The position numbers and the translations under genes were made by a program. A model generated the notes under the pieces. That model had not been told where the DNA came from. It saw only the letters and a program-made list of their open reading frames with translations, and made no database searches. From the NCBI GenBank assembly GCA_038208905.1, contig JBBQYG010000113.1, positions 1-13,194 on the forward strand: a DNA stretch of 13,194 bases. The letters are read 5' to 3'. The DNA is from Candidatus Sumerlaeia bacterium. Its GTDB lineage: Bacteria > Sumerlaeota > Sumerlaeia > SLMS01. Of this stretch, positions 6,361-13,194 are shown piece by piece; the stretch's first letter is position 1; the number at the start of each line of letters is the position of its first letter.

Positions 6361-6602
6361 CGTTCCGCGCCACGATTCACGTGATGTTGAAGCCCGATGT
6401 CGCCGACGTTCAGGGGATGGCGATCCAGCAGGCCCTCGCCAACCACAACTACGCGGTGTCGGGCGTTAAGGCCGGGAAGTTCTTCGAGCTGGAAGTCCGC
6501 GCGGAGAGCGAGTCGGAGGCGCGCGCCATGCTCGATGAACTGGCCAACGGCACCTTCAGCAATCCCACGATCGAGAGCTATCGGGTGGAACTGGCGCGCT
6601 AG
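6357..6602 (+). CDS. purS: Phosphoribosylformylglycinamidine synthase subunit PurS
   Basis: 81 aa; VMLKPDVADVQG.AI..AL, V..GKFFEL and NPTIESY match the PurS pattern. ATGA overlap with the rnhB stop; AGGA upstream. Confidence 0.9.
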   Translation: MTFRATIHVMLKPDVADVQGMAIQQALANHNYAVSGVKAGKFFELEVRAESESEARAMLDELANGTFSNPTIESYRVELAR

Positions 6603-8569
6603 CGCGCGATCCATCCCGTGACGGCGAATTCCGCGCGCGCCACGATCGCGAAGCCCTGGGGCCCATTGACGGGATCGACCTGGCGCGCCGCGACGCGGAG
6701 CGTATAGACACCGGGACCGAGGTCGCGCAGGAGCACCTGCTCCACGTTGTTCAGCGCGTCGGGAAAGCCACCCTCCACAGAGATACCGTCCGCGAATGCG
6801 TTGCCGGGGAAGATGACCTCGCTCGGAGTTTGCACTTCCAGATTGAGGTCATTGACGGCGACCACCGACGCGAGATGCGCGGCGGGCGGGTCCATCCAGG
6901 AGAGCGTCACGCGCAGCTCGCGGATAGGTGCCGTGACTGTGAACGCGTGCTCGAAAACGCCACCGCTGATGAGCGCGCCGCCTCCACTTCGCCGCGCATC
7001 GAGCAACCAGAGGCTGTGTGTGTCGCCGGCGAAAAACAGCGAGTCGTGGAGCACCAGCCGACCCCATCCTTCGCGGTCGCCGGGAAATCCGTCCAGCCCG
7101 GGCATATCGACGGTCGCGTTGAGCAAAAGCGCCTTGAGCAGCGCGCCCGACGGCGTGAATCCATTGGGTGCAACGCGGGATCCCGTGGGATACCAACCCT
7201 CCATGAAATATTGGCGCGCCAGCAGGCCGGCGCCCGCGACGGCGGGGCAGGCCATGCTGGTTCCGCTAAGCGCGCCGACGTTGCAACTGCCGCTGATTGC
7301 GCTGACGGTGCCTTGGCCGGGGGCGTAAATCTCCGGCTTGCGGCGTCCGTCCAGCGTGGGGCCCGTGCCGCCGCTGAAGAAGGATCCAATGTCGTCCCAT
7401 CGCCGAGTCGCCCCCACGGCGAGGACGTTCTTGGCGTTCTCCGGCGCGGCCAGCGTGGGGCCGTTGGTCGCGGCCACAACGACGAGGGCGTTCTCGTTCT
7501 CCCACGAGAATGTGTCGGCGGCGGTTGCCAGCCAGATATAGTCCGAGCGTGCATCGTCTCCCCACGAATTCGAGTGGATCGCTGCGCCGTCGTCCCGCGC
7601 CGCCTCAAGCATTGCCGAGAAGTCGACGAAGTTCCGCGCAACGTCGTCCATGTAATGGGGGATGAGGCTTGTATATACGCCGTGCGTCAGCCGGGCATCG
7701 GGCGCGACGCCCGCATTCGAATCCGATCCCGATACGTTGCGACCCACCGCCGTGGCGGCGGTGTGCGTTCCGTGATTGCTGACCGCCCCGATGCCGCGGA
7801 ATCCCTGAATCTTCCGATGCGCGGGACCGAAGGCATCGGATTCCGGATCGCTCAGATAGCACGTGGAGAAGTCCAGCGGCCCATCGATGTGGCCGAGCAT
7901 CTGGCCCTGCCCGCGCAGCCCGCGATCCCAGAGCGGACGACTCGTCGCCTGGCCCGACTGCACAACACCGGTTACGGTGTTGTTGCGAAGCGAGAGCATC
8001 GGCGCTCGTTCGATCCATTGGACGGATTCGATAGCGGCGACATCCTGTAGCCGCGCCACCGGAACGCGGGCGCCCATGATCGTGCATGCAGCGTTGGTGC
8101 TGCGTTTCGCCGCAATGGCGCCGCGGGCGAGGAGCTCGGCCTCAGCGGCGATGGAGTCCTCGCCCGGCCAAAGGATTACGATTGTGTCGACGAACTCCTC
8201 CAGTCCCTTGGGGGATTGCGTCAGCAGGGGGTCCAGCTTCCACTCCGGCGCGATGGCTCCCGCCCAGCGAACACCCTTGGGCGCGGGCCCGGCCGGCGAC
8301 CGCACGATGTAGCTTGTGGGCGGGATTGGCGCGACGAAATCCCAACCCTTGGCCGTCAACTCGCGATGTAGCTGATCCGACAACGGCCCCTCGAACTGGA
8401 CGATTCGATATCGGGAAGCTGATTGTTTCGGCGCGGCGGAAAAGGGGCTGGCCATGTCCAACGGATCCCCATGCACAGAACGGAGCGAAATGCCGCAATC
8501 GCCCCCATAGGCGACCGACGCCACGAGGACAATCCCGATCCAGACCAGTTGTCTCCGAGTCTCCCGCAA
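6599..8569 (-). CDS. Secreted subtilisin-like serine protease (S8) with propeptide and C-terminal beta-domain
   Basis: Catalytic triad motifs GHIDG (Asp), NHGTHTAATA (His) and SGTSMACPAVAG (Ser); also HSNSWG, PENAKNVLAVGA, DGRRKPEIYAPG, PSGALLKALLLN, EGWGR, LRVTLSWMDPP, VNDLNL and NNVEQV, typical of KP-43-like subtilases. Start re-assigned to the TTG at 8569 (GGAGG 5 nt upstream, followed by signal-like RETRRQLVWIGIVLVASVAYG). The longer start at 9007 would overlap the opposite-strand gene. Confidence 0.92.
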   Translation of the reverse strand: MRETRRQLVWIGIVLVASVAYGGDCGISLRSVHGDPLDMASPFSAAPKQSASRYRIVQFEGPLSDQLHRELTAKGWDFVAPIPPTSYIVRSPAGPAPKGVRWAGAIAPEWKLDPLLTQSPKGLEEFVDTIVILWPGEDSIAAEAELLARGAIAAKRSTNAACTIMGARVPVARLQDVAAIESVQWIERAPMLSLRNNTVTGVVQSGQATSRPLWDRGLRGQGQMLGHIDGPLDFSTCYLSDPESDAFGPAHRKIQGFRGIGAVSNHGTHTAATAVGRNVSGSDSNAGVAPDARLTHGVYTSLIPHYMDDVARNFVDFSAMLEAARDDGAAIHSNSWGDDARSDYIWLATAADTFSWENENALVVVAATNGPTLAAPENAKNVLAVGATRRWDDIGSFFSGGTGPTLDGRRKPEIYAPGQGTVSAISGSCNVGALSGTSMACPAVAGAGLLARQYFMEGWYPTGSRVAPNGFTPSGALLKALLLNATVDMPGLDGFPGDREGWGRLVLHDSLFFAGDTHSLWLLDARRSGGGALISGGVFEHAFTVTAPIRELRVTLSWMDPPAAHLASVVAVNDLNLEVQTPSEVIFPGNAFADGISVEGGFPDALNNVEQVLLRDLGPGVYTLRVAARQVDPVNGPQGFAIVARAEFAVTGWIAR

Positions 8570-8669
8570 GCGCTCCTCCGGCGTTATGGGCAATTCGCCG
8601 ACCCACGCGAGCACAATACCGGCGGGCCATCCCAAGGCAAACGGGAAGCGATCCCGCCCGACAATTCGC

Positions 8670-8697
8670 GTGACGCCCAATGGGGGCGCGATACGGT
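8670..8697 (+). promoter_or_regulatory. Candidate sigma70-type promoter for a leaderless glycosyltransferase transcript
   Basis: GTGACG (8670-8675), 16-nt spacer, TACGGT (8692-8697), then 7 nt to the ATG at 8705; no Shine-Dalgarno. Confidence 0.35.
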
Positions 8698-8704
8698 GCT
8701 CTTC

Positions 8705-10327
8705 ATGAGTAGGGACTCTGAAACTCCGTCGCCCGCGACTCCCTTCCAGCAGTGGGAGGTGGGGTTCCTCGCGGCCTGCATGACGTTTTTTGTGGCGCTG
8801 GCAGTCATCACGTCCTGGTGGAAATCGCCCGCCGCCGACTCGATGCTGCACTATCGCTTTGGCGAGTGGATCCTCGGCGCGCCGCTGGCCCTCGGCGACG
8901 CGCTTGCCTGGGACGGCACCATGCCAGTGTCGGCGATCTATGTGATGGCGGGACGGCTGCGCGAGGGACTTGCGCCGCTGATGGGCGAGCCGTCGGACCC
9001 GTGGCAATTTCCCATCTGCCGCATTCCCAGCCGGTCATGGGCCCAGTTTCCCGCGATCCTCATGGGGGCGGGGATCCTGTTGATCGTGTGGTGGCTGGCG
9101 CGGCGCATCGTCGGGCCCTCTGCGGCGGCGGGGGCGATGCTGGTGGGTCTCTTTGAGCCCAACCTGACGGGGCTCACGCGATTTGCGGGAACCGATGTTC
9201 CCAGCACTCTGGGATTCGTTGGCGGTATCGCGGCAATCACCTACTATATCGAGAGGCCGACCCGCAGGCGCGCCGCGCTGCTGGCGGCGGTTCTCGCGGT
9301 GGCTCAGATCACCAAGATCACCAATCTCCTCCTCTATCCCATCGCCGCGGTCTCGGTGCTCGCGGTGGAGTGGAGTGCCCTTCGGGACACCCTGCGACGC
9401 GGCGATGCGATCCGGCGGATCGGACTGATGGCGTTGCTGGTTCCCCTTCTCTTCATCGCAACACTGCATGTCGCCTACTCGGGATTGGACCCCGCAAGAA
9501 AGGCGCGCCTCGCGGGCGAGCGGGAGGTCGATACCGTCATTGCGAGCAAGCTCGCGGCGCCAATGTGGGCGCTCCGTCCGGTTATTCCGCCCGCGTATAT
9601 ACAGGCATACGCCCAGGCAAAGCTTCACAACCACCGCGGGCACGATGCCTACCTTCTGGGCGAATACCGAACGAAGGGGTGGTGGTACTACTTTCCGCTG
9701 GCGATTCTGTTTAAGTCCTCCACCTGGATGCTGATTTTGGCGGCCTGGGGCACGTGGATCGTTTTCCATGAGCGCCGGTGGCTGGCAGCGCCCCTCCTTC
9801 TCGGCTCACTGGCCTATCTGCTCTATTTCTGCTTCCTCGTTAGAGTGAACATCGGAGTGCGCCATGTGCTGCCGGTCTTTCCCATGCTCATCCTCCTCGC
9901 GGGTGTTTCCCTTGGGGCGATCGACTGGCGTGGGGTATTGCGTGGGCCGATTTCAGGCCGCGCGGTGACTGTGCTGGGGGCTCTGCTATTCCTCTGTCAC
10001 GCGATCGGGACGGTGTCGCTCTATCCCCATCACGAGCAGTACTTCTCGTCCATCCTGGCCAGAGGCCCGAATCTTGGATGGAAGTATCTCGGCGATTCCA
10101 ATCTTGATTTCGGCCAGGAAATCCTGACGGTCGAGCGATGGAAGGCGCGGCAAACCGTCCCCGTCCATATCGATCCCGCGGAGCCCGTGAAGGGGCTGAT
10201 CGCCATTCGAGCCGTGCTGCTCATCGGACTCGATCAGGAGATGGCCGACCGGATGGCGTGGCTGCGCGAAAACTATCAGCCCATTGACCAGCCGTCGCCC
10301 GCGATACTGATCTATCAGGTGGATTGA
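8705..10327 (+). CDS. Multi-pass membrane glycosyltransferase, ArnT/PMT-like (GT-C fold)
   Basis: Many hydrophobic segments; motifs FEPNLTG, GTD, AQITKIT, GHDAYLLGEY..KGWWYYFPLAILFKS, NIGVRHVLPVFP and LGDSNLDFGQ, as in bacterial GT39/GT83-like proteins. ATG 8705 chosen because the upstream in-frame extension overlaps the divergent protease gene. Confidence 0.85.
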   Translation: MSRDSETPSPATPFQQWEVGFLAACMTFFVALAVITSWWKSPAADSMLHYRFGEWILGAPLALGDALAWDGTMPVSAIYVMAGRLREGLAPLMGEPSDPWQFPICRIPSRSWAQFPAILMGAGILLIVWWLARRIVGPSAAAGAMLVGLFEPNLTGLTRFAGTDVPSTLGFVGGIAAITYYIERPTRRRAALLAAVLAVAQITKITNLLLYPIAAVSVLAVEWSALRDTLRRGDAIRRIGLMALLVPLLFIATLHVAYSGLDPARKARLAGEREVDTVIASKLAAPMWALRPVIPPAYIQAYAQAKLHNHRGHDAYLLGEYRTKGWWYYFPLAILFKSSTWMLILAAWGTWIVFHERRWLAAPLLLGSLAYLLYFCFLVRVNIGVRHVLPVFPMLILLAGVSLGAIDWRGVLRGPISGRAVTVLGALLFLCHAIGTVSLYPHHEQYFSSILARGPNLGWKYLGDSNLDFGQEILTVERWKARQTVPVHIDPAEPVKGLIAIRAVLLIGLDQEMADRMAWLRENYQPIDQPSPAILIYQVD

Positions 10328-11385
10328 ACGCGCAGCCGCCGGGACGCCAGCAACTCCTCCGCCGCGCGCGTCGCCATGTCGGATGTCACGCCCGTCATGC
10401 AGCGATGGTCGATGGGGCAATGGCGAAGGAGGCACGGTGCGCACGGCGTCTCCGCGCGCACGATGCGGCAGTGGTCGCCCAGCGGCGCTGTCGTAACCCA
10501 ATCGGTGCTGCCAAAGACCGCCAAAAGCGGAGTCCCCAGCGCCGCCGCGATGTGCATGGCGCCGCTGTCGTTGGTCAGGAACACATCCGCGCGGGCCAGG
10601 AACGCCATCAACTCGCGAAGCTTCATACGCCCCGCCGCGTTCACGAATCCCCCGCCGCCCGCGTCGCACACGGCCTGCGCAACGTCGCGTTCCTGGGGGA
10701 GCCCCGTAACCACCACGCGGCCACCGTGGGCGCTGGCGATGCGGCGGGCGGATTCGGCGAAGCGCTCCGGCAGCCAGCGCTTGGCGGTCCCAAAGAACGC
10801 CGCGGGGTTCACGCCGACGATCGGGGTGGTTGAAGTGATGCCCTCTGCGGCAAGCCATGCCGCCATCGCGTCGCGCTCGGCTTGGGTGATCGTCAGCTTC
10901 AGCGGGGGAGGCGGCCGCGATTCTTTCTCCCAGAAATGCAGCAGGCGCAGGTAGTACTTCACCTCATGCACGGCCAGATCCTCGGGCCGCAACTCCACGG
11001 GCATCGTCAGCAGCAATCGCCGCGCGTCGCGATTGTACCCGACGCGGTGCGGCACGCGCGCAGCAGCAAGGAGCGCCGCCGACTTGAGCGAGTTCGGAAG
11101 CAGGAACCCCAGATCGGCGCGCCACTCGCGCAGGCGGGCAGCGGTTTCGCGGAAGCTTCGCATCGACTTGTCATCGATGGGCCACACCTCGTCCACATCG
11201 GGGTGCGGCTGAAGCAAGCTCGCCACGTTGGACCGCCCGAGGCACAGGATCCGCGCATTTGGAAACATCTCCCGCACCCGGCCCAGAAACGGCGTATTCA
11301 TCACGCAATCGCCAACCCAATTCGTCAGGCGAATGGCGATGCGTTCGATGTTTCGCGGATCGGGGGCGGTTTTTGGCGTTGCCAT
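10315..11385 (-). CDS. waaF: ADP-heptose:LPS heptosyltransferase II (GT9)
   Basis: IRLTNWVGDCVM..P, LPNSLKSA, RVGY..DAR..LLT, HEV.YY, NPAAFFGTAKRW..ERF, TNDSGAMHIAAALGTP..AVFGST, and PCAPCLLRHCPIDHRCM. Start ATG 11385 (alternative 11400). The 3' end overlaps the convergent glycosyltransferase by 13 nt. Confidence 0.9.
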   Translation of the reverse strand: MATPKTAPDPRNIERIAIRLTNWVGDCVMNTPFLGRVREMFPNARILCLGRSNVASLLQPHPDVDEVWPIDDKSMRSFRETAARLREWRADLGFLLPNSLKSAALLAAARVPHRVGYNRDARRLLLTMPVELRPEDLAVHEVKYYLRLLHFWEKESRPPPPLKLTITQAERDAMAAWLAAEGITSTTPIVGVNPAAFFGTAKRWLPERFAESARRIASAHGGRVVVTGLPQERDVAQAVCDAGGGGFVNAAGRMKLRELMAFLARADVFLTNDSGAMHIAAALGTPLLAVFGSTDWVTTAPLGDHCRIVRAETPCAPCLLRHCPIDHRCMTGVTSDMATRAAEELLASRRLRVQST

Positions 11386-11464
11386 TGCTCTCTGTGGCAT
11401 CGGGTGCAAACATTCACCCGCTGGTCGAGACAATTCGACCCTATCCCCGGCGAAGGGCAAGGCG

Positions 11465-12571
11465 ATGACGAGCAGAACTGGCGAGATTCTAGACAAGGCG
11501 GCGCGCGGCGGGCGACTCTCCGACGAGGAGACGCTTGAACTTTTCGAGCACGCGGAACTCCCGGAGCTATCCGCCGCGGCCCATGCCGCGCGAAAGCGCC
11601 TGAACCCCGGCAATGTCGTCAGCTATATTATCGACCGGAACGTCAACTACACCAACATCTGCCTCGCGTCGTGCGACTTCTGCGCCTTCTACCGCAAGAT
11701 CGACGACCCTGAATCGTATGTCCTCACGCGCGACGAACTACGCCAGAAGATCGAGGAGACCCAGCAACTCGGCGGCAACCAACTCCTGCTGCAGGGCGGC
11801 ATGCACCCGCGCCTCAAGCTGGAGTGGTACGAGGACATGCTGCGCTGGATGAAGTCGGAATTCGGCATTCACCTCCACGCTTTCAGCGCGCCGGAGATTC
11901 ACGCGTTCTCCAAGATCAACAAGCTGAGCTATGAGGAAGTCCTCGGTCGCCTTAGCGCTGCGGGACTGGATTCGCTCCCCGGCGGGGGAGGGGAGATCCT
12001 TGTCGATCGCGTGCGCAAGGAGCTGACGCGCGGCAAGTGCCTGACGGAGGAATGGCTGGAGGTCCACCGCGTGTGGCACCGCCTTGGCGGGCGCTCCACG
12101 GCCACGATGATGTTTGGCCATGTGGAGACGCTGGCGGAACGCGTGGAAACCTTTCGCCGTTTCCGCGACCTGCAGGACGAGATGGGCGGCTTCACCGCGT
12201 TCATCGACTGGACGTTCCAGCCCGAACACACGGCCCTCGCCGCGCGCACCGACCTGCGCGAGGTGGGCTCGTGGGACTACCTGCGCACCACCGCCATCGC
12301 GCGTCTATACATCGACAACATCCAGCACATCCAATCGTCATGGGTCACCCAGGGCGGCCGCATCGGCCAGGTGTCGCTCTTCTACGGCTGCGACGACATG
12401 GGCTCGATCATGATCGAGGAGAACGTCGTTAAGGCCGCCGGCGCCAGCTTTCACATGAGCGAAATGGTCCTCCGCCGCCTGGTCTCCGAGGCGGGCTTTG
12501 TGCCGAGGCGGCGGAATTTCTTCTACGAATTGCTGCCCGAGCCTGAAATCGAAAGGATGGTGGAGGTGTAG
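11465..12571 (+). CDS. mqnC: Cyclic dehypoxanthinyl futalosine synthase (radical SAM, futalosine menaquinone pathway)
   Basis: VSYIIDRNVNYTNICLASCDFCAFYR (CX3CX2C), LLQGGMHP, SLPGGGGEILVDRVR, STATMMFGHVET, GGFTAFIDWTFQ, HIQSSWVTQG and DDMGSIMIEENVV..AGA, the MqnC-type variants within the CofH/MqnC/MqnE family. Start set at ATG 11465 to avoid overlap with waaF. Confidence 0.9.
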   Translation: MTSRTGEILDKAARGGRLSDEETLELFEHAELPELSAAAHAARKRLNPGNVVSYIIDRNVNYTNICLASCDFCAFYRKIDDPESYVLTRDELRQKIEETQQLGGNQLLLQGGMHPRLKLEWYEDMLRWMKSEFGIHLHAFSAPEIHAFSKINKLSYEEVLGRLSAAGLDSLPGGGGEILVDRVRKELTRGKCLTEEWLEVHRVWHRLGGRSTATMMFGHVETLAERVETFRRFRDLQDEMGGFTAFIDWTFQPEHTALAARTDLREVGSWDYLRTTAIARLYIDNIQHIQSSWVTQGGRIGQVSLFYGCDDMGSIMIEENVVKAAGASFHMSEMVLRRLVSEAGFVPRRRNFFYELLPEPEIERMVEV

Positions 12572-12586
12572 GCGAGGCTCTCGGTG

Positions 12587-12615
12587 TTGACTTCCACCCG
12601 CCATACCCGCATCCT
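12587..12615 (+). promoter_or_regulatory. Candidate sigma70-type promoter for the small-protein/nucleotidyltransferase operon (leaderless)
   Basis: TTGACT (12587-12592), 17-nt spacer, CATCCT (12610-12615), then 7 nt to the ATG at 12623; no Shine-Dalgarno. Confidence 0.5.
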
Positions 12616-12622
12616 TCGCCCC

Positions 12623-12832
12623 ATGGAGAAGCGAACAATCACCGCCCGACTCGTCCGCCAAGGCGAGGAAGAGAAGGAGTTTGACCGCGCGTTTTGGCGC
12701 GATGCGGGGCCCGAGGCTCGCCTTGATGCCGCATGGCAAATGGTCGTCGAGTACGCTCGCTTTCACGGAGTCGGAGAAGATGAACTCAGACTTCAAAGAT
12801 CTGTTCAGAACGTTATCCGAAGAAGGCGTTGA
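12623..12832 (+). CDS. Small helical protein (69 aa), putative antitoxin/partner of the downstream nucleotidyltransferase
   Basis: MEKRTITARLVRQGEEEKEFDRAFWRDAGPEARLDAAWQMVVEYARFHGVGEDELRLQRSVQNVIRRRR. The D..FW...P..RL.A.W pattern and basic tail resemble small genes found upstream of minimal nucleotidyltransferases. Overlaps the next gene by 53 nt. Confidence 0.7.
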   Translation: MEKRTITARLVRQGEEEKEFDRAFWRDAGPEARLDAAWQMVVEYARFHGVGEDELRLQRSVQNVIRRRR

Positions 12833-13194
12833 TTCCCTACTGGTGGGCGCCCATGCGGTGATGCTCTACTCGGAGCCCCGGTTCACCAAGGAGTTGGATA
12901 TCTGGGTTGGCACATCAGCTAAAAATTCCCGCCGGGTATATCGCGCGCTGGCTCGGTTCGGTTCACCACTGGACGAGATCGCTCCCGATACCTTCGTGGA
13001 GCCGCGCTTGATCTATCAGATTGGCGTGCCGCCCAATCGTATTGACGTGATCACCTCCATCGGCGGCGTCGAGTTCGTCGAGGCGTGGAGCCGACGTCAC
13101 CCCCTGCCATATATGGGAGAATCGGTGCCTGTGATCTCCAAGCAGGACCTCATTGTAAACAAGAGGGCAAGTGGCCGCCCCCAGGACCTGCTGG
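12780..13194 (+). CDS. Minimal Pol-beta-superfamily nucleotidyltransferase (DUF6036/MenT-like), 3'-partial; not in the ORF track
   Basis: Translated by hand from ATG 12780 (GGAG at 12773-12776): MNSDFKDLFRTLSEEGVDSLLVGAHAVMLYSEPRFTKELDIWV...IYQIGVPPNRIDVITSIGGVEF..AW...VPVISKQDLIVNKRASGRPQDLL, open to the window end. Motifs G.HA...Y..PR.T.xLD, RID and NK...GR.QD. Confidence 0.85.
   Translation, partial: MNSDFKDLFRTLSEEGVDSLLVGAHAVMLYSEPRFTKELDIWVGTSAKNSRRVYRALARFGSPLDEIAPDTFVEPRLIYQIGVPPNRIDVITSIGGVEFVEAWSRRHPLPYMGESVPVISKQDLIVNKRASGRPQDLL

Noticed and set aside
6830..8050. 406-aa plus-strand ORF and similar long ORFs opposite real genes (e.g. 9035..9769, 9986..10858)
   Set aside because: Antisense or off-frame shadows typical of high-GC DNA, with no recognisable motifs.
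8423..9007. Long head-to-head overlap between the protease (to 9007) and glycosyltransferase (from 8423) ORFs
   Set aside because: Disappears with starts at 8569 (SD + signal peptide) and 8705; the extensions are Arg-rich non-protein-like sequence.
11228..11613. Head-to-head overlap of the waaF and mqnC ORFs
   Set aside because: Family homology begins near ATG 11385 (minus) and ATG 11465 (plus), leaving an ordinary 79-bp divergent gap.

Overview
GC-rich bacterial chromosomal window. The left 4.6 kb encodes two predicted exported/surface proteins with different N-termini (cohesin-like domain between long Thr/Pro linkers, 5'-truncated; signal peptide + DUF4397-like repeats). Both end in the same unrecognised ~350-aa C-terminal module, itself a tandem duplication of a ~170-aa beta-rich unit. 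A small membrane-anchored coiled-coil gene lies between them. A 163-bp MITE-like element with terminal inverted repeats and a TA duplication sits in the stop codon of the second gene. The rest is a mosaic of housekeeping and envelope genes: PII (glnB/glnK), rnhB with a C-terminal extension, a lone purS, a secreted S8 subtilase, an ArnT/PMT-like membrane glycosyltransferase, heptosyltransferase waaF and mqnC. At the right edge is an overlapping small-protein + minimal nucleotidyltransferase pair (putative toxin-antitoxin; the second gene runs off the window and is absent from the ORF track). All family assignments come from motif recognition by eye; no searches were run.
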